The translations under genes and the position numbers were made by a program. From Planctomycetota bacterium (GTDB taxonomy: Bacteria; Planctomycetota; UBA1135; UBA2386): 64,000 nucleotides of DNA. The notes under the pieces are model-generated. The model was not told the DNA's origin, ran no database searches, and saw only the letters and a list, made by a program, of their open reading frames with translations. Shown here piece by piece: positions 39,154-48,475 of this stretch. The DNA lies in contig DASRJH010000031.1 in NCBI GenBank assembly GCA_035649575.1, positions 2,746-66,745 on the forward strand. Direction: 5' to 3'. Every line of letters starts with the position of its first letter. Positions within the stretch are counted from its first letter, which is position 1.

Positions 39154-40665
39154 TCACAACGCCCGGGCCCACTGTAGCAGCGTGCGCACCGCCGTGCCGG
39201 CGGCGCCCCCTCGGTAGTAGTCCTTGGCGATGCCGCCGTAGGCGGCGCCCGCGATGTCGAGGTGCGCCCACGGCGTTTCGCCGGCAAAGTAGGAGAGGAA
39301 GGCACCGCCCGCCGTCGAGCCGTTGCCGTGTTGGGTGCCGTTGATGTTCGCGAGGTCCGCGAACTTGCTCTTCATCTGCTCCTTGTGGCACTCCCAGAGC
39401 GGCAGCTGCCAGAGCGGTTCGTCAGCTGCCTTGCCGGCCGCAATCAGCGCGTCGATGAGCTTCTGGTCGTTGCCCATGATGCCGGCCATCTCGTGGCCGA
39501 GCGCCGTCACGACGGCGCCGGTCAGCGTCGCGAGGTCGACGATCAGCTTGGGCTTGTAGAACTTCTTCGCGTAGCAGATCGCGTCGGCGAGCACGAGGCG
39601 ACCTTCGGCATCGGTGTTCAGGACTTCGATCGTGCGCCCGTCCATCGCGGTGACGACGTCGCCGGGTTTCTGCGCGTTGGCGCCCGGCATGTTCTCGGTC
39701 GCGGCGATCAGGCCGATCAGGTTGCACCCCGGCTTGTGGTCTCTGAGCGCGCCGTGTTTGACCGCGTGGAAGAAGCCCAGCACGGCGCCCGCGCCACACA
39801 TGTCGTAGCGCATCTCGTCCATCTTGGCGGCCGGCTTGATGCTGATGCCGCCCGTGTCGAACGTGAGGCCCTTGCCGACGACGCAGGCATTGCCCTTGCT
39901 GCCCGGCACGCGGTACTCGAGCACGAGGAACTTCGGTGGCTCGTCGCTGCCGCGCGCGACGCCGAGCAAGGCGCCCATCCCGAGTCGCTGCATCGCCTGC
40001 AGATCGAGCACCTTCACGTGCAGGCCGCCGCCCGTGAGTCCCTTCGCGGCCTTCGCGAGCGATGTCGGCGTACACAGATTCGACGGCATGTTCTCGAGGT
40101 CGCGCGCGAACACCGTGGCCTCCCCAGCGATGCTCCCCTGCTCGAGACCGCGCTCGAACGCAGTCGCGTCGCGCTTCTCCATGCCGACGCCGGCGACCTG
40201 GCAGATCGCGGCCTTCTGCGTCTTGGGCTTCTGCTGCCGCGGCGGTTCGTAGCGGTAGGCCCCGAGCACGAGACCTTCGGCAATCGCCTGCCCTGCCTCG
40301 AAGGCCGCGACCGGACCGAGCGCCTGCTTGCCCACGCACAGGCCGAACGTCTCGACGCCGACCTCGGCCGCCGCCGCTTGCGCCACGGCCGCGATGCGGC
40401 GCAGCTTCTCGGTGTCGACCGTCGCCGCGGCACCGAGGCCCACGAACCCGAGCCGCTTGCAGTGCCCCTTCGCGCCGCGCGCGGGCTGGCTCTGGTGGAA
40501 CAGGTTCGTGCTGCGCCACGCCGTCTTGAGGTCCCCGGTCGCCTTGGCCGCAGCGACTGCCGGTTTCAGCTGCGGGCCCGCATCGGGTATCGCACCGTCG
40601 ACAGCAAGGGCCAGCACGAGTTCGCCGCGGCTACATGCCGCCGGCGTGACGGGGCGGATCTTCAT
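39154..40665 (-). CDS. pepA: Leucyl aminopeptidase (M17 family)
   Basis: ATG 40665 (MKIRPVTPAAC). VGKGLTFDTGGISIKP, MRYDMCGAGAV, NTDAEGRLVLADAICYA, LATLTGA. Confidence 0.9.
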   Translation of the reverse strand: MKIRPVTPAACSRGELVLALAVDGAIPDAGPQLKPAVAAAKATGDLKTAWRSTNLFHQSQPARGAKGHCKRLGFVGLGAAATVDTEKLRRIAAVAQAAAAEVGVETFGLCVGKQALGPVAAFEAGQAIAEGLVLGAYRYEPPRQQKPKTQKAAICQVAGVGMEKRDATAFERGLEQGSIAGEATVFARDLENMPSNLCTPTSLAKAAKGLTGGGLHVKVLDLQAMQRLGMGALLGVARGSDEPPKFLVLEYRVPGSKGNACVVGKGLTFDTGGISIKPAAKMDEMRYDMCGAGAVLGFFHAVKHGALRDHKPGCNLIGLIAATENMPGANAQKPGDVVTAMDGRTIEVLNTDAEGRLVLADAICYAKKFYKPKLIVDLATLTGAVVTALGHEMAGIMGNDQKLIDALIAAGKAADEPLWQLPLWECHKEQMKSKFADLANINGTQHGNGSTAGGAFLSYFAGETPWAHLDIAGAAYGGIAKDYYRGGAAGTAVRTLLQWARAL

Positions 40666-40691
40666 CGCGGCACGTTGTAGCGCCGCCCGAC

Positions 40692-41402
40692 TCAGGCACC
40701 ACCAGGCTTCGGCAGATCTCCGACCCACCGCACCGTGTCCCCGTCGCGCAGCTGCTCGAGCTTCCAGATCGGTACTTCGTTCTTGAGCCGATCCATCAGG
40801 AACCGGCACGCATCGAAGGCAGGACCGCGATGCGGCGAAGCCACGACGACGACCACGGACGCAGCGCCGATCGGGACTGTGCCGAGCCGATGCGCGACGC
40901 GAGCCCGCGTGATCGGGAAGCGCCGGATCGCCTCCTCGAACAGACCGCACATGACCTTCTGCGCCATCTCCGGGTAGGCCTCGTAGCGCAGCGAGAGCAC
41001 GGCGACCCCTTCGTTCTGGTTCCGCGTCGTGCCCGCGAACGTCACGACGGCCCCGTCGGCATCGGTGCGGCACTCGGCTTCCAACACTCGCGGATCGATC
41101 TCGTCCGACACGAGGTCGAAGCGGTAGAGGTCGTGCGCACCCGAACCACCGCTGATCGGCGGGATGAAGGCCACCTCGTCGCCGTCGTGCAGCACGGTGT
41201 CGCCGCGCGCGTAGTCCCGGTTCACGGCGTAGGCCACCGGTAGCCGCAGCAGCGGCGGCGCCTGCTGGCCGAGACGCTGGCGCAAGAACTCGACCGAGGT
41301 CCCCGAGGGCACGTGCAGCTCCATCGTCTCGGTGCCAAGAGCCTCACGCACGGCGGCGAAGCAACGCACGGTGATGCGCATGAGCTGTTCGGGCATCGCC
41401 AC
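40692..41402 (-). CDS. Fused molybdopterin synthase: MoaD-like sulfur-carrier domain (ending ..PPISGG) followed by the MoaE catalytic subunit
   Basis: RITVRCFAAVREALG..LHDGDEVAFIPPISGG is the MoaD/ThiS fold with a GG end. It continues in frame into SGAHDLYRFDLVSDEID..GAVVTFAGTTRN..LRYEAYPEMA..VAHRLGTVPIGAASVVVVVASPHR..PIWK, which is MoaE. Confidence 0.85.
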   Translation of the reverse strand: MAMPEQLMRITVRCFAAVREALGTETMELHVPSGTSVEFLRQRLGQQAPPLLRLPVAYAVNRDYARGDTVLHDGDEVAFIPPISGGSGAHDLYRFDLVSDEIDPRVLEAECRTDADGAVVTFAGTTRNQNEGVAVLSLRYEAYPEMAQKVMCGLFEEAIRRFPITRARVAHRLGTVPIGAASVVVVVASPHRGPAFDACRFLMDRLKNEVPIWKLEQLRDGDTVRWVGDLPKPGGA

Positions 41403-41500
41403 ATTCTGTTGCCCCGGTGGCCATCCTGGCTATTGGCTGGCTAGAATCCCGACCCGGACTCGCGGTTGCGCCCTCGCCCACGACCGGGCTGTCTCCCCTC

Positions 41501-43006
41501 ATGCGATATTCCTACGCTCTCTTCGCCGCAGCAGCGGTTGCGGCCTCTGTTCCCAGCCAGAACTGTCCTGTGCTCCCAACCTGGACGCCCTTCCCAACCC
41601 CGGTGCCTCCCGCGACGCAACCGTCCGTGCGGCGCTCGGGAGCCATGTGCTTCGACGGCAATGGCAACCGCCTCATCCTGTATGGCGGTGTCAGCCCGAC
41701 GCCGAGCATCATCCTCAGCGAGACCTGGGCGTTCAACGGCGCGGCGTGGACGCTGCTGTCACCGATCGGCGGAGCTCCGGGTCGCTGGGGCCACCAGATG
41801 GTGCGCAACACGGTGTTGAACCAACTCGTGACGTTCGGTGGTCGTTCCCCCACGATCAGCGGCTTCGCCCAGGACAGCTATCTGTGGAACGGCACGGCCT
41901 GGTCCAGCCTCCCGACATCGAACCCTCCGGCGGCGCGCTACCTGTACGGGATGACCTACGACTCCGGGCGCAACAAGATCGTGATGTTCGGCGGCCGTGC
42001 CGCGCTCGCGACCAAGGGCGACACCTGGGAGCTGACGATCAACGGCGTGACCGGGAGCTGGCAGGAAATCGTGACCCCGACGTCACCACCGCCGCGCGAA
42101 GAGATGGTGATGGCATACATGCCGGAGCTGCGCCGCACTGTGTTGTTCGGCGGCTACGACCGCGACACGGACACCATCTACGGCGACACCTGGGGGTACG
42201 ACGGCGTCACGTGGCAACTCCTGTCACCCATCATGCCCCCTCCCCCGGTGGAACTGACGCCGCGCTACCGCGCGGCCAGCGCATACGACACCGCACGCCG
42301 GCGCCTCACGGTCTACGGCGGGTTCGACGGCGCCTTGGTGAAGACCGATACCTTCGAATTCACGGGCGACGAGTGGCGACTGATCAACGTGGGACCGGGC
42401 AGCCTCAACGCGACCGAGATGTATGCGGCCTACGACAGCCAGCGCCGCAGGTTCGTCACGTTCGGAGGCTACGGCGTTGCGTTCAGCAACCAGACCCACG
42501 ATTACAACGGCAGCTGCACCGCGTTCTTCAGCCAGTTCGGCGAAGGGTGCGAGACGTCGATCGGCGTTGGCGCGATCTCCGTCTTTGATCCCGACGGTCC
42601 AACAGGCCCCGTGCCGCCGAGCCTGCCGCGGCTCGGCCAGCAGTATCAGATACAGTTCTCCAACATTCCGCCGCAGACTCCGCCGGCGACGACCTTCGTC
42701 ATCGTCGTCGTCGGACTGTCGAACACGACTCTCAGCGGCATCCCGCTGCCACTCGATCTGAGCGTCATCGGCTGGGCATGCTCGCCTCCCGCACCACCAT
42801 GCCCACCATGCTTCCTGCTGACTTCCGCCGATCTCCTGGATGTGCTCGAGACGCCGACCGGTCTCCTGACGAAGAACATTGCGATCCCGAACACCTCGAC
42901 CCTGACCAACCTGCCGCTCTACTCACAGGCGCTCATTCTCGATCCGGGTGCGCCCAACGGGGTGGGTGGCACCAGCCGCGGCGGCGTCGGCGTCATTGGA
43001 AACTGA
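41501..43006 (+). CDS. Secreted Kelch-repeat beta-propeller protein with a conserved C-terminal module
   Basis: ATG 41501 (MRYSYALFAAAAVAASVPSQ signal). Repeats RSGAMCFDGNGNRLILYGG, WGHQMVRNTVLNQLVTFGG, ARYLYGMTYDSGRNKIVMFGG, REEMVMAYMPELRRTVLFGG, YRAASAYDTARRRLTVYGG. The C-terminal module begins GEGC at 42539. Confidence 0.75.
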   Translation: MRYSYALFAAAAVAASVPSQNCPVLPTWTPFPTPVPPATQPSVRRSGAMCFDGNGNRLILYGGVSPTPSIILSETWAFNGAAWTLLSPIGGAPGRWGHQMVRNTVLNQLVTFGGRSPTISGFAQDSYLWNGTAWSSLPTSNPPAARYLYGMTYDSGRNKIVMFGGRAALATKGDTWELTINGVTGSWQEIVTPTSPPPREEMVMAYMPELRRTVLFGGYDRDTDTIYGDTWGYDGVTWQLLSPIMPPPPVELTPRYRAASAYDTARRRLTVYGGFDGALVKTDTFEFTGDEWRLINVGPGSLNATEMYAAYDSQRRRFVTFGGYGVAFSNQTHDYNGSCTAFFSQFGEGCETSIGVGAISVFDPDGPTGPVPPSLPRLGQQYQIQFSNIPPQTPPATTFVIVVVGLSNTTLSGIPLPLDLSVIGWACSPPAPPCPPCFLLTSADLLDVLETPTGLLTKNIAIPNTSTLTNLPLYSQALILDPGAPNGVGGTSRGGVGVIGN

Positions 43007-43021
43007 CCGAGTCCGCGGCGC

Positions 43022-44011
43022 TCAGCCGCCCTGCAACCTGCGGCCTGCTTCCTCGACGTCGCCCTTGCTGCCGAGGTAGAGCGGCGTGCGCTCGTGCAGC
43101 TTTCTCGGCGTGATGTCGAGGATGCGCTGCCGGCCGTCGGTCGCCGCACCACCGGCCTTCTCGCAGACGAAAGCGAGCGGCGCATTCTCGTAGAGCAGGC
43201 GCAGCTTGCCCTCGGGCTTCTTGACCTCGCCGGGATACATGTAGATGCCGCCCTTCAACAGCGTGCGGTGGAAGTCCCCGACCAAGGCCCCCGCGTAGCG
43301 CGCCGCACGCTTTCCGACCTTCGTCTCCTGCCGGCGGAACGCGCGCACCATGGCCTGCGTGTTCTGATCCCACTTCAACTCGTTCGACTCGTTGACGGCG
43401 TAGGAGCCTTCGCCCTCGGGGATCCTCAAGTCGGGGTGCGTGAGGAAGAACGTGCCGATCGAGCGGTCGAGCGTGAAACCGTTCACGGGACCACCGGCCG
43501 TGTAGACGAGCATCGTGCAGGGCCCGTAGAGCACGTAGCCCGCGGCGATCAGATCGCGTCCTGGCTGCAGGAAGTCGCCGAGCGTCGGTTTGCCTTCGAC
43601 GGACAGCCGGCGGTAGACGCCGAAGATCGTGCCCATCTGGCCCGCGACGTCGACGTTGCCCGAACCGTCGAGCGGATCGACCGAGATCACGTATTTGCCA
43701 CCCTCGCCCCCCGGCAGCAGGTGGATGTCGTCCATCTCCTCGCTCGCGATGCCGGACACCATCGGGATGTTCTCGAACACCTGGATGATGACGTCGTTGC
43801 TGATGACGTCGAGCGCGCGCACGTTCTCGTCCTGCACGTTCGTGGTGCCCGTGTAGCCGAGCTTGCCGATGAAGCCCGCGCGCATGATCTCGCTGGCCAG
43901 CATGCGCGCGGCGAGGCTGAAGCGATTGAGCACGGTCGACAGGCCTCCGCTCGCTTTGGCGTTGGCCTGGTCGCGGAAGAACTGTTCGCTGAGTGTGAGA
44001 CGATTGGTCAT
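43022..44011 (-). CDS. fbp: Fructose-1,6-bisphosphatase, class 1
   Basis: LNRFSLAARMLASEIMRAG, ASEEMDD, YVISVDPLDGSGNVDV, GYVLYGP, RYAGALVGDFHRTLLKGGIYMYP, LRLLYENAPLAF. Confidence 0.9.
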   Translation of the reverse strand: MTNRLTLSEQFFRDQANAKASGGLSTVLNRFSLAARMLASEIMRAGFIGKLGYTGTTNVQDENVRALDVISNDVIIQVFENIPMVSGIASEEMDDIHLLPGGEGGKYVISVDPLDGSGNVDVAGQMGTIFGVYRRLSVEGKPTLGDFLQPGRDLIAAGYVLYGPCTMLVYTAGGPVNGFTLDRSIGTFFLTHPDLRIPEGEGSYAVNESNELKWDQNTQAMVRAFRRQETKVGKRAARYAGALVGDFHRTLLKGGIYMYPGEVKKPEGKLRLLYENAPLAFVCEKAGGAATDGRQRILDITPRKLHERTPLYLGSKGDVEEAGRRLQGG

Positions 44012-44060
44012 CGGGGGCGACGCTCGAGAGACTTCGCATTCAAGCGAAGTGCTCTGTGAC

Positions 44061-45911
44061 TCACAACGGCATCACCAAGACAGGTTGGTCCGATCCCGCT
44101 TCGAACAGACGCCCAGTGCCCAGGAGGTCCTTGCCAAGGCGCACCAAGACGACCGTCTCCACTTCGACCGAGAGCAGCGGCGAACGGCTGCCGTCCGCGG
44201 CTTCCACCTGCAGCGTTGCGCCGGCCGCCGCCGGCCAGAGCACGAGGCGGGCACCGTCGGCGCAAGCGCCGATCTCGCGAGCCTGGGCCGGTCGGGTTGG
44301 CCGTTCGCCGCGGCCACGCCGCCAGTAGAGCCGCATGCTGTCGCCGCCCGGGCGGCCGTTGTCGACGAACGGCAGGTCGAAGCGCGCGACCTCGACCAGG
44401 TCGAGCCGCGGATCGAAATCGGCACGAAAGAGCCTGCCGCAGGCGTGCGGCAGGCTCGGATCCACGGCGAACTGCACGGGATTGTCGACGACGAAGCGGA
44501 CTCGTTGCGCATCGAGCCAGGCGTCGAGTGCCGATGCCTGCAGGGCAAAGAACGCGCGCGCATCGACGACGCCGTCGAGGTTGAGGATCGCATGCCGCCG
44601 CTGCGGTGCTGCGAGCACATCGGCGTGGAACGTGACGATGCCCGAGTTGAAGCAGCCGACGCGTTCGCCCGCGGGCAACACGAGGTCGAGGTGTCGGCCC
44701 GCCATCGTCATCTCGGTCTGGCCCAGCAGCGGCTCGGGTGCCACGCGCGGCCAATCGACGATCTGGGCGATCGCGAACACGGCCAACATCCACCGCAGGC
44801 GGCCCACGTGCAGCAGCGCAGCGGCCGCGCCGGCGGCGAGTGGCGCCACGTAGTAGTCGCGCGGATACCAGCGCACGGCCCAATGCAGGGCCGTGATCGC
44901 GAGCAGTCCGAGGCCGAACCAGAGCAGGGCGCTCGGCATGCCGCGGCGACGCCGTGCGGGCAGCAACGCGAGCCACACGGCCGCGAACGCTGGCACGGCA
45001 AGGTCGCCGGCGCCGAGTGCTTTGGCGATCCCCACGAGCAGGAGTGGCAGCAGACGCAACGACGCCGGCCACCAGGGCCGCACGACGGCGAACACGAGCA
45101 GACCCCAGCCCATTGCGGAGGCGAGCGCGAACGGGCCGCCGAGCAGCACCGGCCGCAGGAACCACCAGCATCGCGCGAGCCAGCCCTCGCCTGCGGGATC
45201 GTCGAGCGCCTGGTTGTGATGCCAGAGCCAGGCCATCGGCAACGCCGAGTCGGCCAGCAGCCCGCCGCCGAGAACCATGTTCGCGCCGCACGAGATCGCG
45301 AGGCAGAGCGCGGGCACGAACGCGGCGCGCCACGGGCGCCCTTCACAGCGCACGAGCGACAGCCCGGCAACGACGGCGAGCAGATCCGTGCGCGCGAGCA
45401 CCGCGAGCACCGACAACACCGCGAACGCGCTTGCCGAGCCGCGGCGGCGGAGCCACAGACCCACCGCCGCGAGACAGGCGAGGGCCGTTTCCTGGCCGTT
45501 CTGGCATTCGCGTACGAGCAATGGGTTGCCGAGCCAGCAGAGTCCGGTGCAGAGACCGCGGAACCGATCGCGCGTGCCGAGCCAGAGCCACAGCGCCGCG
45601 AGACAATGCAGGCCGAAGCCGAGCCACGCGGCGACGACCGGCAGAGCAGCAGCGCCGAACAGCCACGCGACGGGCACGAGACAGAGGCTCCAGAGCAGCT
45701 GCACGCCGCTCGTCGAAACACCGTCGCTGACCATCGGACCGCGTCCCGCGGCGACGTTGGCGGCCCACGTGAACTCGTAGAACGCGTCGTCGCGCAGCCG
45801 ATTCGCTGCATCGGGTACGAGCGCCAGCCCATGCCAGAGCCCGAAGATCGCGGCCGCTCCGGCCGCGGCGAGGGCGAGGCCTGTTCCGCGCCTCGACGAG
45901 CGCAGCTGCAT
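44061..45911 (-). CDS. Polytopic membrane protein, possibly a GT-C-type (ArnT/PMT-like) glycosyltransferase, with a soluble C-terminal domain
   Basis: ATG 45911 (MQLRSSRRGTGLALAAAGAAAIFGLW) shares one nucleotide with the upstream stop (TGATG). More than 10 hydrophobic segments. The function call rests only on architecture and an early DDAFYEF-type loop. Confidence 0.5.
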   Translation of the reverse strand: MQLRSSRRGTGLALAAAGAAAIFGLWHGLALVPDAANRLRDDAFYEFTWAANVAAGRGPMVSDGVSTSGVQLLWSLCLVPVAWLFGAAALPVVAAWLGFGLHCLAALWLWLGTRDRFRGLCTGLCWLGNPLLVRECQNGQETALACLAAVGLWLRRRGSASAFAVLSVLAVLARTDLLAVVAGLSLVRCEGRPWRAAFVPALCLAISCGANMVLGGGLLADSALPMAWLWHHNQALDDPAGEGWLARCWWFLRPVLLGGPFALASAMGWGLLVFAVVRPWWPASLRLLPLLLVGIAKALGAGDLAVPAFAAVWLALLPARRRRGMPSALLWFGLGLLAITALHWAVRWYPRDYYVAPLAAGAAAALLHVGRLRWMLAVFAIAQIVDWPRVAPEPLLGQTEMTMAGRHLDLVLPAGERVGCFNSGIVTFHADVLAAPQRRHAILNLDGVVDARAFFALQASALDAWLDAQRVRFVVDNPVQFAVDPSLPHACGRLFRADFDPRLDLVEVARFDLPFVDNGRPGGDSMRLYWRRGRGERPTRPAQAREIGACADGARLVLWPAAAGATLQVEAADGSRSPLLSVEVETVVLVRLGKDLLGTGRLFEAGSDQPVLVMPL

Positions 45912-46699
45912 CAGCGACCTCGCAGGAACTCGCCGACGCGGCCGCCGACGGGTCCCCCTCTCGCGAGCGACAGGTCGTTGTGTCCGGCACCGGGCACCAC
46001 GACCAGCTCCGCGGGACCCGCGCACAACGCACGCAGCTTCTCGCCGAACTCGCAGGGCACGATCGTGTCGGCATCGCCGTGCACGATCAGCACGGGACAA
46101 CGCACGCGCGGCGCGAGGACGGCGTTGTCGAAGCGGTGGCGCATCAGCGCCGACACGGGCAGCCACCAGAACTGGCGCTGCGCGATCTCGACGAGCGACG
46201 TCGGCGGCGCGCGCAGCAGACACCGCGCGGCTCTCCCGTTCGCGGCCACGTGCATCGCGCAGCACGTTCCGAGCGAGCTGCCACCGACCACGAACGGCAC
46301 CTGCAGTTTGCGTGCGAGCGCCTCCGCGTCGGCCGCGACCGCGTCCGCCATCGCGAGGATCGACTCGACGCCGGGTTTCCCGGCGCTCGAGCCGTAGCCC
46401 GGATACTCACCCGACACGACGGCGACGCCGTGCTCCGCCAGCTCGGCGACCTGCCACGCGGCGCTGTGCAGGTCTTCCCCGTTGCCGACGAAGAACGCGA
46501 GCACAGCTCTAGGCTGCTCGGGCACGCGCCGCACGGCGCGGAATCCGAGGCCCCCGTGCCCCTTCAGCGAGAACACCTCGACGCCCGGAGTGTCGACACC
46601 GCGGTCGCCGCGACCCGCACCCGGGAAGGTGATGCGATCCTGCTGCCACCACACGAGTGCCACGATCAGTGCGTAGCCGACCAGCGCGCAGAGCAGCAT
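45911..46699 (-). CDS. Alpha/beta hydrolase
   Basis: ATG 46699 (MLLCALVGYALIVALVWW, TM anchor). Nucleophile-elbow-like VVGGSSLG. VLIVHGDADTIVP and GAGHND complete a Ser-Asp-His pattern. Confidence 0.7.
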   Translation of the reverse strand: MLLCALVGYALIVALVWWQQDRITFPGAGRGDRGVDTPGVEVFSLKGHGGLGFRAVRRVPEQPRAVLAFFVGNGEDLHSAAWQVAELAEHGVAVVSGEYPGYGSSAGKPGVESILAMADAVAADAEALARKLQVPFVVGGSSLGTCCAMHVAANGRAARCLLRAPPTSLVEIAQRQFWWLPVSALMRHRFDNAVLAPRVRCPVLIVHGDADTIVPCEFGEKLRALCAGPAELVVVPGAGHNDLSLARGGPVGGRVGEFLRGR

Positions 46700-46722
46700 T
46701 TGGATCACGCGGCGACGCACGC

Positions 46723-47718
46723 CTACACGAGTTCGGCGATCTGCACCGCGTTGAGCGCCGCACCCTTGCGCAGCTGGTCCCCGACGACCCAGAACGTGAG
46801 CCCCGGCGTGAGCACGCGCCCGATCCGCAGCCGCCCGACCGCGACGGGATCCCGCCCCGCCATCGTGTTGGGCATCGGATACACCTTCGCGGCCGGATCG
46901 TCGGCGAGCTCGACGCCTGGGGCACGAGCGAGCAGCTCGCGCGCCGCCGCGACCGACAGCTCCTGCTCGAGCTGGACCGCGACCGACTCGCTGTGGCAGC
47001 GTTCGACCGGCACGCGCACGCACGTTGCGTCGACGCGCAGGGCAGGCAGACCCATGATCTTGCGCGTCTCGAACTGCATCTTGTCCTCTTCCTTCGTGTA
47101 GCCGTCGGCCATGAAGACATCGACCTGCGGGAACAGGTTGAACGCGAGCGACTGCGGCAAGACGCGCGGCGGCATTGCTTCACCGCGCAGCGCCGCGGCC
47201 GTACTGTCGCGCAGTTCGAGCATCGCCTGCTGCCCCGCGCCCGAGGCCGCCTGGTAGGTCGAGACGACGACGGCCCGCAACCCCGCGGCGCGATGCAGCG
47301 GCCACAGCGCCAGCACCAGGATGATCGTCGAGCAGTTCGGATTCGCGATGATGCCGCGGTGTCCACGCGATGCGGCCGCGTTCACTTCGGGCACGACGAG
47401 CGGCACGCCCGGATCCATGCGGAAGGCCGAGCTGTTGTCGACAACGATGGCCCCGCTCGCCGCGGCGAGTGGCGCCTGCTCGCGCGAGGTCGAAGAACCG
47501 GCCGAGAACAACGCGACCTCGACGCCGCGGAACGAATCGCGCCCGAGCGCCTCGACTGGCAACGACTCGCCGCGGAACTGCAGGCGCTGGCCCGCCGAAC
47601 GCGGCGACGCGTACAGGCGCAACTGCCGGATCGGGTAGTTGCGCGCGGCCAGCACGGCCAACAGGTCCTTGCCGACCGCGCCGGTCGCACCGACGATCGC
47701 GACGTTGCGCGGGTTCAC
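46723..47718 (-). CDS. asd: Aspartate-semialdehyde dehydrogenase
   Basis: GTG 47718 with AGGAG 7 nt upstream. [30 protein letters not shown] (active-site Cys), [37 protein letters not shown]. Confidence 0.9.
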   Translation of the reverse strand: MNPRNVAIVGATGAVGKDLLAVLAARNYPIRQLRLYASPRSAGQRLQFRGESLPVEALGRDSFRGVEVALFSAGSSTSREQAPLAAASGAIVVDNSSAFRMDPGVPLVVPEVNAAASRGHRGIIANPNCSTIILVLALWPLHRAAGLRAVVVSTYQAASGAGQQAMLELRDSTAAALRGEAMPPRVLPQSLAFNLFPQVDVFMADGYTKEEDKMQFETRKIMGLPALRVDATCVRVPVERCHSESVAVQLEQELSVAAARELLARAPGVELADDPAAKVYPMPNTMAGRDPVAVGRLRIGRVLTPGLTFWVVGDQLRKGAALNAVQIAELV

Positions 47719-48275
47719 GAGGGAGCTCCTGAACGGTTCCACTCGCCCGACTTGCCGCCCGACTTGTGCAACAAGCGCACGTTCTCGATCGAAGCACCGC
47801 GGCAGCGCGCCTTGACCATGTCGTAGACGGTCAACGCGGCCACGGAGGCTGCCACGAGCGCCTCCATTTCCACGCCGGTCGCCGCGACCGTCGTGGCCTC
47901 GGCCTGGATCCGCACCGCGTCGGCGCCGGCCGGCGCGAACTCGATCGTCACGCTGCCGAGCTGCAGGTTGTGGCACAGCGGAATGAGCCGCGCGGTATCC
48001 TTGGCGGCCTGGATGCCCGCGATGCGGGCGACTGCGAGCCCCTCCCCCTTCGGCAGCGTGCCCGCCATCAGGACCGCGAGCACCTGCGCGTCGAGGCGAA
48101 CGGTCGCCTCGGCAACAGCCCGGCGGGCCGTGGGCGGCTTGCGCGAAACGTCGACCATGCTGGCCCGACCCTGCGCATCGAGATGCGACAACGGGCCCGC
48201 GACAGGGGCCGGATCGGGAATTCTGGGCTCGGCCACACCACGAGCGTAGCGCCGCCGGCCCACGCGTCCGCGCAC
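47715..48275 (-). CDS. moaC: Cyclic pyranopterin monophosphate synthase MoaC
   Basis: [68 protein letters not shown]. The stop overlaps the asd GTG (GTGA). The start is uncertain. Confidence 0.85.
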   Translation of the reverse strand: MRGRVGRRRYARGVAEPRIPDPAPVAGPLSHLDAQGRASMVDVSRKPPTARRAVAEATVRLDAQVLAVLMAGTLPKGEGLAVARIAGIQAAKDTARLIPLCHNLQLGSVTIEFAPAGADAVRIQAEATTVAATGVEMEALVAASVAALTVYDMVKARCRGASIENVRLLHKSGGKSGEWNRSGAPS

Positions 48276-48475
48276 GGCCAGGGAAAACTATTTCCGCAAC
48301 CAGCCCGTGACAACGTATAGGTGCTGTTGGTGGCACTGCGACCCCTCGGTCCTCCGGGCAGGTCGGTCCCGCCGCGGACGACTGCTCGGTGCGGTTTCGA
48401 TTGCACCCGAGGTCCCGGAGTGGCCGATCTGAACCCAGGGACCAGGCCTGGCAGGCCGATCTCTCCCGGAACCGT

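Noticed and set aside
36304-39177. 957-aa plus-strand ORF
   Set aside because: It is antisense to acetyl-CoA synthetase and the ACT-domain gene, with no motifs.
40666-41073. N-terminal extension of the pepA ORF (track 39154..41073)
   Set aside because: The extension overlaps the MoaD-MoaE gene in another frame and is Arg-rich. M17 peptidase similarity starts at MKIRPV (40665).
43863-46397. 844-aa plus-strand ORF
   Set aside because: It is antisense to the polytopic membrane protein and the alpha/beta hydrolase. It is rich in charged residues with no motifs.
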